32,507 bases of DNA from Candidatus Poseidoniales archaeon (GCA_003602665.1 QQSG01000058.1:1-32507); one strand, 5' to 3'; shown: positions 1 to 9,658, numbered from the stretch's first letter. Notes: generated by a model not told the origin, from the sequence alone. Program-made: numbers and translations.

Positions 1-909
1 CAATTACGTAACGATGGAAATCTCAATGATGGACTTATTATTCAACTTCAGTCATCTCATTCAACGGCAATGAAATTCAACTTACCCGAAGGTGCTATTG
101 TTGAAGATGGAGTTGAGTCTCCTCGAACGTTTGAGATGGATAGTTTACCACGAGATTCCAACTTTACAGTAAGAGGTACTGCCGAAATACCGACTGACCA
201 AATCACTAATGGCACACTTGTTCTTGAAATTGTTGTTCGTTCAATATTTGATCCTGAAACGGAATTTATCTACACAATCGAGTATGACTTTTTGGGAGAA
301 AGTTGGATTGAGGAGAAGGAGGATGAATCCTACTCTTTTTCTGATTTCACATCCGATGCAATAGAGATATTCATGGGATGGTGGCTGGTTGTTGCAGCAG
401 TCGCTATCGCTTCCATTGTTCTAAACAAGGCTGTAAGAGATCGAATACAAAGAAAAGAGGCTGAACGCTTCCAGAAAAACATTGAACAACCCAAACCTGA
501 AAAAGAAGGGGATTGGATGCAAAAATTCGAGCGTAAAGACAACACAGGGCCTGATCTCATCGAAAGTCCAAGTGTGACTCCTGAGGCTTTCTCTGCAGCA
601 TTCAAAGCCTCCTCTAAAACACCTTCACAGGCTTTACAGCCTCTGCCAGAAGATATTCGAAACGTGGCGACAACAGTTCTCGACCATCACGCTTTGGAAG
701 CGCAAAAAGCACAAATGGATGCACTTGCTTCTTCCATACAATCCAGTGGGGTTTCAACACAACACAATGAAAACCAAAACCTACAGCCTACCGAAAATGT
801 AGCTGAACGAACAGTTCGCCATGACACACAAAATTTGATGACGAACAAACCAGTTCATCAGACCACGTTACCTTCTAAAACAGTTGAAACGGATGATTTC
901 GATTTATGA
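1..909 (+). CDS. C-terminal part of a membrane-anchored surface protein; the 5' end lies outside the window
   Basis: Frame 1 is open from base 1 (QLRNDGNLNDGLIIQLQSSHSTA precedes the ATG at 70), so the ORF probably starts upstream. It has a beta-rich ectodomain-like segment, one TM helix (WWLVVAAVAIASIVL) followed by a basic stop-transfer (NKAVRDRIQRK), and a polar Q/S/T-rich tail of about 150 aa. I recognise no family. Confidence 0.5.
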   Translation, partial: QLRNDGNLNDGLIIQLQSSHSTAMKFNLPEGAIVEDGVESPRTFEMDSLPRDSNFTVRGTAEIPTDQITNGTLVLEIVVRSIFDPETEFIYTIEYDFLGESWIEEKEDESYSFSDFTSDAIEIFMGWWLVVAAVAIASIVLNKAVRDRIQRKEAERFQKNIEQPKPEKEGDWMQKFERKDNTGPDLIESPSVTPEAFSAAFKASSKTPSQALQPLPEDIRNVATTVLDHHALEAQKAQMDALASSIQSSGVSTQHNENQNLQPTENVAERTVRHDTQNLMTNKPVHQTTLPSKTVETDDFDL

Positions 910-918
910 GGGAACCAT

Positions 919-1659
919 ATGAGGCTTGTTGGTGTAGATGAGGCAGGTCGAGGACCAGTACTCGGCCCCCTCGTAGTGGGACTTCTGTCAATTCCAAAAG
1001 AGGATGAATACTTGTTGGAAGAACAACGTATTGAGGATTCAAAGCACCTCTCGCATGCAAAACGTAAGTTACATTACGAGTGGTTAAATCAACAGGTAGT
1101 CGAGAGAGGTTGGTATGTTGATACAATCATCTGCCAACCAAATCGTATCGATAACGCCGTATATGCAAAGGGTCTCAATATCTTAGAAGTCGACCTTTTC
1201 TCTTCAATACTTAATCGCCATCATCGTTCGTTTAATCAAAAACTAGAGATTCTATTAGATGCATGTGACGTCAATGAAAAACGATTTAGCAATCGTATAT
1301 CTAACCGATTAAGTGATTGGCCATGGGCAGAAACAACGATGGTTGCAGAGCACAAAGCAGACACCAATCATCGTGTTGTTGGAGGTGCCTCGATACTTGC
1401 TAAGGTTGTCAGAGACATGGAAATAGAACGCATCGCTTTGGAAGTAGGAAAGTCTGTTGGGAGTGGATACCCTTCCGATCCAAACACTGTGAAGGCATTA
1501 CCTGATTTGATTAAGGAGAATGGAATTCACAAAGATATTCGTTGGTCATGGGCAACTGTGGAACGATTTTGGTTGAAGAACTATTCAACACCCTTGCCGA
1601 GGAGAAAACGTTCTGAACCAACGCTGTTTTCTAATGATGATGAAGCAACGAGTTCATGA
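919..1659 (+). CDS. rnhB: Ribonuclease HII (archaeal type)
   Basis: The N-terminal motif is VGVDEAGRGPVLGPLVVG. DSKHLSHAKR, LDACDVNEKRF and AEHKADTNHRVVGGASILAKVVRD match conserved RNase HII blocks, including the catalytic D/E/D/D positions. GAGGG lies about 8 nt upstream of the ATG. Confidence 0.93.
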   Translation: MRLVGVDEAGRGPVLGPLVVGLLSIPKEDEYLLEEQRIEDSKHLSHAKRKLHYEWLNQQVVERGWYVDTIICQPNRIDNAVYAKGLNILEVDLFSSILNRHHRSFNQKLEILLDACDVNEKRFSNRISNRLSDWPWAETTMVAEHKADTNHRVVGGASILAKVVRDMEIERIALEVGKSVGSGYPSDPNTVKALPDLIKENGIHKDIRWSWATVERFWLKNYSTPLPRRKRSEPTLFSNDDEATSS

Positions 1660-3382
1660 AGCAACGGTGACAGGCCAGTTTATGTCGTGGTCACCAGATG
1701 CTGAGACTCAAAACCTAATTTGGCATCTTTCTCTGCAAAATGCGTTCGAATATGATGGGAAAGGAGCAGCAGGTTCAGTTATCGGCCGCATCATGAGTAC
1801 GCGAGCAGATCTACGGCAATATGGAGGACAGATTAGCCCCCTAGTTGCTCAATCCGTTGTAAAAGCTAATTCACTTGCCCAAGAAAAGGGAATGGACTAC
1901 GTCGAATCTCTTCTCCAACAAGAAGCCCCTCATCTCCTCGAGGGCCGTCAAAAGCAAGAGCGACGTGAAGGCCTACCTCCTTTGAAAGATACAGAAGGAA
2001 AAGAGATTGTTCTTCGATTTGCTCCCAATCCAAACGGTCCACTGTCATTCGGTCATGCACGTGGAGTAGTTATCAACGGCACCTACGCTCATGAGCATAA
2101 AGGAACTCTTATTCTCAGGTTTGATGACACAGATACGACTGTGAAGCCTCCAATGCTAGATGCTTACGATATCATTCCCCAAGAAGTTGAGTGGCTCTTG
2201 GGTCGGCCTGCTGATCGAATTGTGATAGCAAGTGATCGAATTCCATTGTATTATGAACACGCAGAACGTATGCTTCGAGAAGGATTTGGCTATATCTGCC
2301 AATGTCCAGCAGATGATTTCAGAACATTTCGTGAAACAAAACAGAATTGTCCCTGTCGAGATAAATCGGTGGAGAAGAATCTAGACGGATGGAACTCGAT
2401 GTTAGATGGTACATACAAGCCAGGAGATGCTGTTGTACGAGTTAAAACCGACATGGAACTGAAGAATCCTGCACTAAGAGACTGGCCTGCATTACGAATT
2501 CAGGACACTCAAAAAAATCCTCACCCGAGATCTGAAATCGGCTCTATCTATCGAGTTTGGCCGCTATTAGATTTCCAAAGTGCAGTCGAAGACCAACTTC
2601 AAGGTGTAACCCATATTGTTCGTGGTAAAGATCTCATGGATTCAACACGCAAGCAGACTCTTCTCTACGAACACTTTGGTTGGAACTATCCAGAAACAAT
2701 CTATTGGGGTAGAGTGAAAGTCCACGAATGGGGTGGATTTTCAACATCCAAGATGAGAGCATCGATCGAAAATGGAGAATACACTGGCTGGGATGACCCA
2801 AGACTGCCTACGCTTCAAGGACTGAAATTACGGGGTATACAAGCTGAATCTCTACGTAATTTTTGGATTGAGTTGGGAGTCACCCAAAAGGACATATCGG
2901 TGCCATTAGCAACTCTTTTCTCACACAATACGAAGAAAATTGATGATGAAGCACCACGTTTGTCTTTCGTACGTAACCCAATTGAAGTTGATCTTCAAGG
3001 AGATATTCCCAAAGACATTGAGATTCCAGTCCACCCCAATCACGAATCTATGGGTATGCGAATAATCTCAATGGAGTCGAGGAAAATCTTGATCGAAAAG
3101 GAAGATAGTGAACATTCAACATATCGACTAAAGGAATTCGCAGATATCAACGAAGGTGGTCAAGTGGGGTCAATATCTCGAAGTGACAAACGCCCAATTA
3201 TTCATTGGGTTTCTAAAGACTCATCTGTAGAAGCGACACTAACCCTTCCCCTGCAAGAAAGGATTGAACATATTCAAGGCCGGGTTGAAAATCACCAGTA
3301 TGCAGTGGGCACGATCGTCCAATTAGAACGAATAGGATATGCCATTATCCGTGAGGATGATTTCCTACTTATGCATGAATGA
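1634..3382 (+). CDS. gltX: Glutamyl-tRNA synthetase, archaeal/eukaryal class I type
   Basis: RFAPNPNGPLSFGHARG is a HIGH-type signature. VRGKDLMDS and FSTSKMRAS are KMSKS-like, and the length is about 570-580 aa. The start is ambiguous: the ATG at 1634 overlaps rnhB by 26 nt, and an in-frame ATG at 1682 (MSWSPDAETQNL...) is an alternative. Confidence 0.93.
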   Translation: MMMKQRVHEATVTGQFMSWSPDAETQNLIWHLSLQNAFEYDGKGAAGSVIGRIMSTRADLRQYGGQISPLVAQSVVKANSLAQEKGMDYVESLLQQEAPHLLEGRQKQERREGLPPLKDTEGKEIVLRFAPNPNGPLSFGHARGVVINGTYAHEHKGTLILRFDDTDTTVKPPMLDAYDIIPQEVEWLLGRPADRIVIASDRIPLYYEHAERMLREGFGYICQCPADDFRTFRETKQNCPCRDKSVEKNLDGWNSMLDGTYKPGDAVVRVKTDMELKNPALRDWPALRIQDTQKNPHPRSEIGSIYRVWPLLDFQSAVEDQLQGVTHIVRGKDLMDSTRKQTLLYEHFGWNYPETIYWGRVKVHEWGGFSTSKMRASIENGEYTGWDDPRLPTLQGLKLRGIQAESLRNFWIELGVTQKDISVPLATLFSHNTKKIDDEAPRLSFVRNPIEVDLQGDIPKDIEIPVHPNHESMGMRIISMESRKILIEKEDSEHSTYRLKEFADINEGGQVGSISRSDKRPIIHWVSKDSSVEATLTLPLQERIEHIQGRVENHQYAVGTIVQLERIGYAIIREDDFLLMHE

Positions 3383-3394
3383 GTTCTTCATTCA
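3376..3394. terminator. 7-bp inverted repeat spanning both stop codons of convergent gltX and the CBS gene
   Basis: TGAATGA (3376-3382) and TCATTCA (3388-3394) are exact reverse complements around the 5-nt loop GTTCT. The gltX TGA (3380-3382) and the CBS-gene TGA (complement of 3388-3390) both sit in the stem. Terminator function is inferred only. Confidence 0.35.
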
Positions 3395-3804
3395 AGCGTT
3401 CCCAACGAAGGGTTGGCTGCAAGTATTGACTGTGCTTGCCGATAATCTTCAGGAGAGAAGTAACCCTCAAAACCACCATCCTCATTTACAGCAACCACTG
3501 CTTGTGGCATGCGTTCATTTACAGATTTGATAACATCAGCAATAGCATCTGTGAGGGGTACTTTCAGAACATCCATTTCCATAACTTCCTTGCATGTTGT
3601 GCCTCCAACATCGATTCCGTTTCCAATCGCTTTGAGCATCTGTCGTTGTCCAATAACTCCCTTCACTTGGTCGTCATCATCAAGAACAACAAGAATGCCA
3701 GATGGTATACTAACCAGTCTTTTACATCCCTCAACAAGGGTATCTTCTAATCCAATTGTTACGTGCTCATCATCAAGGACAAGGTCAGCTACTGTTTCGC
3801 TCAT
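3388..3804 (-). CDS. CBS domain-pair protein
   Basis: This 138-aa protein has two CBS-like units (VSIPSGILVVLDDDDQVKGVIGQRQMLKAI and PQAVVAVNEDGGFEGYFSPEDY). It has no TM or other domain. Confidence 0.8.
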   Translation of the reverse strand: MSETVADLVLDDEHVTIGLEDTLVEGCKRLVSIPSGILVVLDDDDQVKGVIGQRQMLKAIGNGIDVGGTTCKEVMEMDVLKVPLTDAIADVIKSVNERMPQAVVAVNEDGGFEGYFSPEDYRQAQSILAANPSLGTLE

Positions 3805-3843
3805 GGAGTATGCAGTAGGTTGATGTTCATGATAGTTTTGACA

Positions 3844-5883
3844 TCATGCAACAATCTTGATAATTCGTTCACACCCAGTGCATTCTAAACGAATTGGACG
3901 TTCATTTGATGTCACAGGATTTGCCACACCACATTGAGGGCAATTAATTGTGGGAAAACTTGTAACAATGTTCGGGGCTTTTGTAGGATTTTCTGGGCTA
4001 ATGTTTGTTAATTTGGGAGAAACCATGGCAGTAATCAACCATACAAAGGAAACACCAGTCGATGAGAAAAGGACAAACAATGGGGGATAAGCGAAGAAGA
4101 CCATAAGAAAAACCATTGGAATGAGTAAAGTTTCCAACAAAAGTGGATAACGGTTTTTCTGTCGAACAATCTTGAAGGCTAATAAAAGACCACCCATCAA
4201 AATCACGACGACGATGATGGTTAATGAGAGAGGCCCATGCAATGGTGACGAGGTTGGCTTCGTCGTAATCGAAAAATCATCTGATTGAGTAAGCCCATCT
4301 CCTCTAATCGTTACCATTTCCCCCCATGGGAAGCGAAGATAATCAACCTCAAGAAGATCTGTCGCATCGAGTTCAATGACAGAAAATGAGGTCATGAGGG
4401 ATGTTGAACCAGACACAGTAATGTCATAACTCGACCACAATGGTGATGCCTGCGATTTGATAAACGAACGAAGGAGGGTATAATCAGACCCGCTTGAGAT
4501 TGGTGTTAAACTATCAATACGAAGGGTTAGAGGTGCATTTGTAACGCGTTCTTCACCCATCAAATCGAGGGTAATCGCAAACGTGTCGGATTCAGAAAGA
4601 TCCCCAAGAAGTTCATCAGATTCTATACCAAGCCCGAGTTGAAAATATGTGATGTAGTACGATTCCATGTAACTTTCAAACTGATTGACTTCGATACTTT
4701 CGATAACTCTACTCCCGCGCTCATCGTCTGAGACTGCTCCGGCTTGGAAATTCCCTAACACTCGAGAAAGTGGTATGGATTCGTCGCCCATGTGGTCCAT
4801 CCCCCATCGCATCCAAAAGGCCATTTCCCCACCAATTTCGAGCGTGGTTGACCTTGATAATCGAATGCCATTATCTTCCGATTCAAGTTCCAAATCAATT
4901 GAGACAGTTAATGGTGAACCTCTGCCACTTGAACGCAGTGGTTCATTCAATGGATAATACCCACCACTTCCACCATTACTGTCAAATGTTTCAATTTCAA
5001 AAATGGTTAACCCTGTGAGTTTTACGCCAGGTTGAAGAACGTATTCCATTGAGACATCGACCGTTTCAACTCCGCCTGCTGCACCATCCCAAGTCCATAT
5101 GACAAGTATAGCATCCCCTTCAGAAACCTCTGTTGGGTCACCATCCAGTAGAATTCCATTGACACTCAATGTAATTGAATCTGAAAATACGAGGGCTTCC
5201 ATACCAAATGCTGATTCTATTCGAAGACCAAAGTAGACAAGATCACCTTCTACGACAGGCTCATCTAGAGTGAGATCAAGAAGAGGTAAATTTGCTGAAA
5301 CTTTGGAATCTTCTGCTTCACTACCCCACAGGAATTCGATACTTGCGCCACTTGAGGGGACGCTAAACACGATTGTACGGGCATTGAGTGTGAGCGAGAC
5401 CTCTGACGTACCACTGACTGTGACGCTCTCAACAGGAATATCGATGGTGAGCGTTCCTACTCCAGAGGGAACGAAGGAGGAACCTGCGTCCAGATAGCCA
5501 GTGAATGTCGAACCTCCGATAGTCACAATCGCTGAAAGGTTCAATTGTGCACCACCTGCGTCTGATACCTCATAATTTAGTTCCAGCGACCATACGGATT
5601 CAGGGACTAGGCCCGACCATGCAGGAGAAAGAGTCCATTTCTCAATTTGTTCAGAAGATGTTAACGCTGTTTCAAACGAAGCCGATGTTGGTGTTTCAAC
5701 GAGTAGGTCCTCGAATGGACTCAGTATTGAAGCGCTATCTGAACCAAGAAGATACAAATCGGCTTCAACAGAATCACAACAAACTGTGACGTTTTCCGCA
5801 GATGACTGCTCAATCAGTGGATTTGAAGGTAAAATTATTGCGAATAGAAAGCAACCCAAAATGAGCACTGCTTGTCTTTTCAT
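3844..5883 (-). CDS. Surface/membrane protein: signal peptide, ectodomain of about 540 aa, three TM helices, C-terminal cytoplasmic zinc ribbon
   Basis: I prefer the ATG at 5883 (MKRQAVLILGCFLFAIILPS, signal-peptide-like) over the TTG at 5910. The TM helices are PLSLTIIVVVILMGGLLLAF, LLIPMVFLMVFFAYPP and VSFVWLITAMV. The C-terminus carries CPQCG-x17-CTGC. The ectodomain is S/T/E/L-rich and I recognise no family. Confidence 0.7.
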   Translation of the reverse strand: MKRQAVLILGCFLFAIILPSNPLIEQSSAENVTVCCDSVEADLYLLGSDSASILSPFEDLLVETPTSASFETALTSSEQIEKWTLSPAWSGLVPESVWSLELNYEVSDAGGAQLNLSAIVTIGGSTFTGYLDAGSSFVPSGVGTLTIDIPVESVTVSGTSEVSLTLNARTIVFSVPSSGASIEFLWGSEAEDSKVSANLPLLDLTLDEPVVEGDLVYFGLRIESAFGMEALVFSDSITLSVNGILLDGDPTEVSEGDAILVIWTWDGAAGGVETVDVSMEYVLQPGVKLTGLTIFEIETFDSNGGSGGYYPLNEPLRSSGRGSPLTVSIDLELESEDNGIRLSRSTTLEIGGEMAFWMRWGMDHMGDESIPLSRVLGNFQAGAVSDDERGSRVIESIEVNQFESYMESYYITYFQLGLGIESDELLGDLSESDTFAITLDLMGEERVTNAPLTLRIDSLTPISSGSDYTLLRSFIKSQASPLWSSYDITVSGSTSLMTSFSVIELDATDLLEVDYLRFPWGEMVTIRGDGLTQSDDFSITTKPTSSPLHGPLSLTIIVVVILMGGLLLAFKIVRQKNRYPLLLETLLIPMVFLMVFFAYPPLFVLFSSTGVSFVWLITAMVSPKLTNISPENPTKAPNIVTSFPTINCPQCGVANPVTSNERPIRLECTGCERIIKIVA

Positions 5884-5961
5884 TCTATCCCCATACCTTT
5901 GGCTACACAACCAGCGTATAACATCAACGCAAGTCTGTGAAGAGATGGTTTGATTTTCCCT

Positions 5962-6312
5962 TCAAAGTGCTTTGTCCAAAAGAGTTCCAAGTTCCTTTTC
6001 AAACAAGCCAATTAGGGCCTCTCCGACCTCTCCTTGAAGTTCATCAGGCAGGAGACGCAATCCCAAGCGAGTGGCTGCCCTTGTAGCTTTCAATTCAGCA
6101 TAGACAGAACGTGCTTTTTGCTGGAAATAATAGGAAACCGCTTCACGGATTTCAGCATGCAAGTCAGGATCCTCTTCGATTTTGCTTCGGATGTGAAGCT
6201 TGAGTTCATCTTTCACAATATCTTTGAAAGACTCAATAATCAGATCTTCAGTGGACATCAAATCCTGTACACGCTCGCGTATACTTCCGGTTAACAGTCG
6301 TTCAATCGCCAT
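5962..6312 (-). CDS. Hypothetical small helical cytoplasmic protein (116 aa)
   Basis: ATG start, 25-nt gap to the upstream DHH-like gene on the same strand, charged helical composition, no recognisable motif. Confidence 0.45.
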   Translation of the reverse strand: MAIERLLTGSIRERVQDLMSTEDLIIESFKDIVKDELKLHIRSKIEEDPDLHAEIREAVSYYFQQKARSVYAELKATRAATRLGLRLLPDELQGEVGEALIGLFEKELGTLLDKAL

Positions 6313-6337
6313 GGCTATGCCACCTTCTCATGATGTT

Positions 6338-7240
6338 TCAATCCGTCGATTCGGAAAGATGGCCTGTTCGAAGCCAAGAGTCTAGTAGTCGACTCGCGAA
6401 AATGAGAGCCTCTTCTTTGGTTTCTGGCCATTTGCTTTGCAACACGTGCAGGATAGACGCCAAGTCTTTCTCCTGATTAGGAATCACCATTCTCTTCCAA
6501 ATAAGTTCCTCAAATCGAGCCGTCGAAATACCCTCAGTTGAAAGGGAGGGTAGACAAAATTCTGATAACGCTTGTGAGCGCTGATTTGCATTCATTTCAA
6601 TCCACAATGTACTTAATTTTTTTAACCGTCTTTCCGAAAGTCCAGGTATCATCTCGATATTCGGTTGAGAAACTTCAGGAAGAGGAACAATCTGAATTGC
6701 GCCTTCATCTCGGAGAAAATCCCTAACCAAGGTATGAATTGGATCTATGGTCGTATCAAGACCTTCCATTAACCATTGACCAGCGCCGACGTATGGTCGG
6801 AAACTCGTCGTTCTATCACCAGTTGGTGAAATCACTGATGCAAGAGCAGAGGATTGGATAACAACATCAACAGTTCCTCGCTTTATTTGGTCAGAGTGTG
6901 GAAATTGTACTTCAACTTCCTTTGGTTTTATGACAAGAATATGTTCTGAGTTCAAGTCATCTGTTTTCCCGAATGAATCGATGAAGACTATTTTTGTCCC
7001 AGTATATTTTGGAAGAATATTTTGTTCGTCACGAGGGATATGCTTCATCGGTTGAAGAAAACGTCGAGAATATGAAATCCCTGCATCGAGTAGAGCAGCC
7101 TCAAGGAAACCAAGGGCAAGAAGACCTTCTAGGTCAGCAGATGATGCTAGGACCAATGGTCCATTGGAAATGAAGTGAGATGCTTTGACAATATCTTCTT
7201 TCAATGGAGAAAGAAAAGACGTCTGAAGTAAATCGTGCAT
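6338..7240 (-). CDS. DHH/RecJ-like domain protein with degenerate catalytic motifs (possibly an inactivated RecJ/Cdc45-like paralog)
   Basis: This is a 300-aa protein. PLVLASSADLEGLLALGFLEAALLDAG resembles DHH motifs I-II with the Asp residues replaced. KIVFIDSFG resembles motif III. HILVIKPKE sits where the DHH motif would be. It lies immediately downstream of rps15, an association described for archaeal RecJ/Cdc45 homologs. The assignment is by eye only. Confidence 0.4.
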   Translation of the reverse strand: MHDLLQTSFLSPLKEDIVKASHFISNGPLVLASSADLEGLLALGFLEAALLDAGISYSRRFLQPMKHIPRDEQNILPKYTGTKIVFIDSFGKTDDLNSEHILVIKPKEVEVQFPHSDQIKRGTVDVVIQSSALASVISPTGDRTTSFRPYVGAGQWLMEGLDTTIDPIHTLVRDFLRDEGAIQIVPLPEVSQPNIEMIPGLSERRLKKLSTLWIEMNANQRSQALSEFCLPSLSTEGISTARFEELIWKRMVIPNQEKDLASILHVLQSKWPETKEEALIFASRLLDSWLRTGHLSESTD

Positions 7241-7287
7241 GTCTGACCCATCGGGGCCTCAACCCCGTCACACATGAATGCTCCCAA

Positions 7288-7743
7288 TCACTCGACAATA
7301 AGTCTAAGTTGGTCACGCTTGTAACGCCAGTCTGCTTCCAAACGGCCTTCTGCCTTGTAGTAGTTTCCTAATCGGCGAATCTTGGCTTCTGTAAGTTCAA
7401 GAGAACGCTTGTTGTGAAGATCTCTACTGTTTGTTGTGAGATGTTCAATGATAGCGACTGCTTGTCGCATGAGGTTCATTAAATCTTCAGGATAGGTTCC
7501 GCTTTCATCGTTCTCGCTGAGAACTGCACCGATGCGCTTTCCGAGAACCAATCGGACATTTGGAACAGCGTGCTTGTCACGTAGGATTGTTCCGATTTGT
7601 GCCGTGGACATACCGTCCTTGGAGTATTGAAGAATGAGGGACTCAATCTCCTTAGCGTCTTTATTAGACCAGTCAGGAGCTTCAGTCATGAAAGGCTTCG
7701 ATGAGCCACTTTTTCCTCTCTTGGATGCGTACATACGTGCCAT
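7288..7743 (-). CDS. rps15: 30S ribosomal protein S15 (uS15, S15P/S13e type)
   Basis: MARMYASKRGKSGSSKPF is the typical archaeal/eukaryal N-terminus, and the C-terminal S15 helices are present (HNKRSLELTEAKIRRLGNYYK). I chose the ATG at 7743. The longer ORF reaching 7860 would overlap arcS and add a non-homologous extension. Confidence 0.92.
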   Translation of the reverse strand: MARMYASKRGKSGSSKPFMTEAPDWSNKDAKEIESLILQYSKDGMSTAQIGTILRDKHAVPNVRLVLGKRIGAVLSENDESGTYPEDLMNLMRQAVAIIEHLTTNSRDLHNKRSLELTEAKIRRLGNYYKAEGRLEADWRYKRDQLRLIVE

Positions 7744-7805
7744 ATCAACTACTCCGAGCAGCCTTCCGACTTGCTCTCCCTTCTTAATCACATCGCTGAA
7801 TGAAA

Positions 7806-9575
7806 CTAAATTCGTTGATGCATTTTTGCTAGACGGCCAGGAGTTCCTGACCATTCCCAACCTGGAGCGATACTTCTTGCAAGACCAACAGCCACATCAT
7901 TTTGCATGACAATCAAATCCTGCCCCATAAGTATTCCAGCTTCAAACGACTTAACGATTCCATAATGCAAATCGCCTTTCCATTTCACATCATCAACAAG
8001 ATGGACACGTGGAAGTGCTGAGCAAGCATCGAGATATTTCACTGCATCCTTGCTAAAGGAAAAGCCTGCCCGTTCGAACGACCAAAGGGCAATTTGTTTA
8101 CCCTCACGTTCAATTTTCCATCGAGGCGGTTTGCCACGAACTCTGCAATCATTAAGCCAATCATCAGATTTGTGAAGATATCGAGAGATGCTCATAAAAC
8201 GATCAAGATTGACCTTTTCTCCTTTCCGTCGATGAATACCAAACTCATCTTTTGCAGATTGAACGGCTTCAGTCAATCGTTGTAGAGCAGTTCGAGAACC
8301 TGAACTTTCGCCTTGTCGGGTATCGATAATATCGAACCCGTCTATCTCTAATGCCATGCCACTGTGATTGATGATGCGATTGTAATCATGGCGATTCACA
8401 AGATTACGAACCATCGATTCAATTCGTTGAACTTCGTCAAGAGACCAATCCCCAGTTACAGGTATGTCGTAAAATGCCGCAGGCCAAACATCTTCCAAAT
8501 CTCTTGGAACAAGACCAAGAGGCGATGTTACCATGACTTCATGGCAAGCATTTGTACCTAGAGCTTGGATGAACTTACGATGAGATTTCGACAGGCGATA
8601 TGGCTTTCTAGCTGAGCATGGAAGCAGAACAAGAACGTTGTCTAACTTCTCAGGAACATGATACTTATTTGAGATGAAATCGACCCATTGTTCAACAGAT
8701 GAATCTTGGTGACTTGTTGTGCTCAGATAATCAATACGATGAACACCTAACGGATGAATCCTCATAAGATTATCAGACGATTTCATTATTTTATCGAAGA
8801 ACCTCATATGCTCAACCAGTTTTGGACTGTTCAGACTCTGTTGTTCAGCAAGAGTCCGAAGAGTCCCTGTGGCAATCGCAGAGCGAACGGAGCGCAGTGA
8901 TTGATCGTAATGATTGACTGCAACAACAGGTGAGCATTCTTCTGCGTCTATCACAGCACGTGGACCGAACGCTGTTAGTAGATGGCCGGAGGCAACTGCA
9001 AATCCTGCACGGGAGAAATCAAAGATATCGACACCAAACCATGCAAGGACTGCAGCATTGTCTGGACCACCTAAACCAGGTGTCCAAAGAAGTGAACCAG
9101 GAAATCGATTCTTGATGACACTAATTGCTTGAACCAATTTCCCAGATTGAGCAGCAAGTTGAACAGCATCGACTAAAACGACAATATGCGGTTTCAAGTC
9201 ATCAGCCAAAAGAGATGGATCATGATGCAAACGCTGCCAAGAGAGAGGTAAAACTGAACCTGAATCTGCAGATTCACCAGCATTGGCTTCATCAAGAGAG
9301 GGCGGTAAAACGTGGCCAATGGATGCTTCAAAAATGGGTCCAGGCACGTCGAAATTAGGAGGCGTAAGGCAATGTGGAGTATCGATCGTCAATTTTGCGG
9401 GGATGGTTCGAGTCTGACTTGAACGAAATGGTGCAATGTTTTGCAACTCGATAGGATCGCAGGAACCAGATATCAAACAAGGAGTTTGAGCCACAGGAGA
9501 ACTTCTGTTCCCGAGACCCCAGATTCTTGCAAAACGGTAACGATGCAAGACTGTACGTCCTAGACCTTCCGCCAT
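7806..9575 (-). CDS. arcS: Archaeosine synthase alpha subunit (ArcS / TgtA2-like), with C-terminal PUA domain
   Basis: The N-terminal region is TGT-like. The central block LLPCSARKPYRLSKSHRKF...VTSPLGLVPRDLE matches the ArcS-specific (DUF5591-type) domain. The C-terminal PUA-like domain reads VHLVDDVKW...GQDLIVMQNDVAVGLARS. I prefer the ATG at 9575; a GTG at 9581 is two codons upstream. Confidence 0.8.
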   Translation of the reverse strand: MAEGLGRTVLHRYRFARIWGLGNRSSPVAQTPCLISGSCDPIELQNIAPFRSSQTRTIPAKLTIDTPHCLTPPNFDVPGPIFEASIGHVLPPSLDEANAGESADSGSVLPLSWQRLHHDPSLLADDLKPHIVVLVDAVQLAAQSGKLVQAISVIKNRFPGSLLWTPGLGGPDNAAVLAWFGVDIFDFSRAGFAVASGHLLTAFGPRAVIDAEECSPVVAVNHYDQSLRSVRSAIATGTLRTLAEQQSLNSPKLVEHMRFFDKIMKSSDNLMRIHPLGVHRIDYLSTTSHQDSSVEQWVDFISNKYHVPEKLDNVLVLLPCSARKPYRLSKSHRKFIQALGTNACHEVMVTSPLGLVPRDLEDVWPAAFYDIPVTGDWSLDEVQRIESMVRNLVNRHDYNRIINHSGMALEIDGFDIIDTRQGESSGSRTALQRLTEAVQSAKDEFGIHRRKGEKVNLDRFMSISRYLHKSDDWLNDCRVRGKPPRWKIEREGKQIALWSFERAGFSFSKDAVKYLDACSALPRVHLVDDVKWKGDLHYGIVKSFEAGILMGQDLIVMQNDVAVGLARSIAPGWEWSGTPGRLAKMHQRI

Positions 9576-9658
9576 ATACACCCCTGAGTACTCTGCTTCT
9601 TGAAGGATGTTACTCGGAAAAAGAAAGTGTTGAAAGAGTAGGTGTTAGACCCTAATCC
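9576..9658. promoter_or_regulatory. Divergent intergenic region between arcS (-) and the 740-aa membrane protein gene (+)
   Basis: This 83-bp spacer separates divergently oriented starts and must hold both promoters. I could not call a confident TATA/BRE by eye. Confidence 0.3.

Noticed and set aside
1600-1659. Possible PCNA-interacting (PIP) box in the C-terminal tail of RNase HII (SEPTLFSNDDEATSS).
   Set aside because: It does not fit Qxx[LIM]xx[FY][FY]: there is no Gln and only a single aromatic residue. The similarity is too weak.
5884-5910. TTG-initiated 9-codon extension of the 3844-5883 gene (MCSQRYGDR).
   Set aside because: The downstream ATG gives a canonical signal peptide (MKRQAVLILGCFLF). 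The extension adds nothing recognisable.
7744-7860. N-terminal extension of the rps15 ORF (MGMVRNSWPSS...) given in the ORF track.
   Set aside because: It would overlap the arcS 3' end and add 39 non-homologous residues. The conserved S15P/S13e N-terminus MARMYASKRGKSGS begins at the ATG at 7743.
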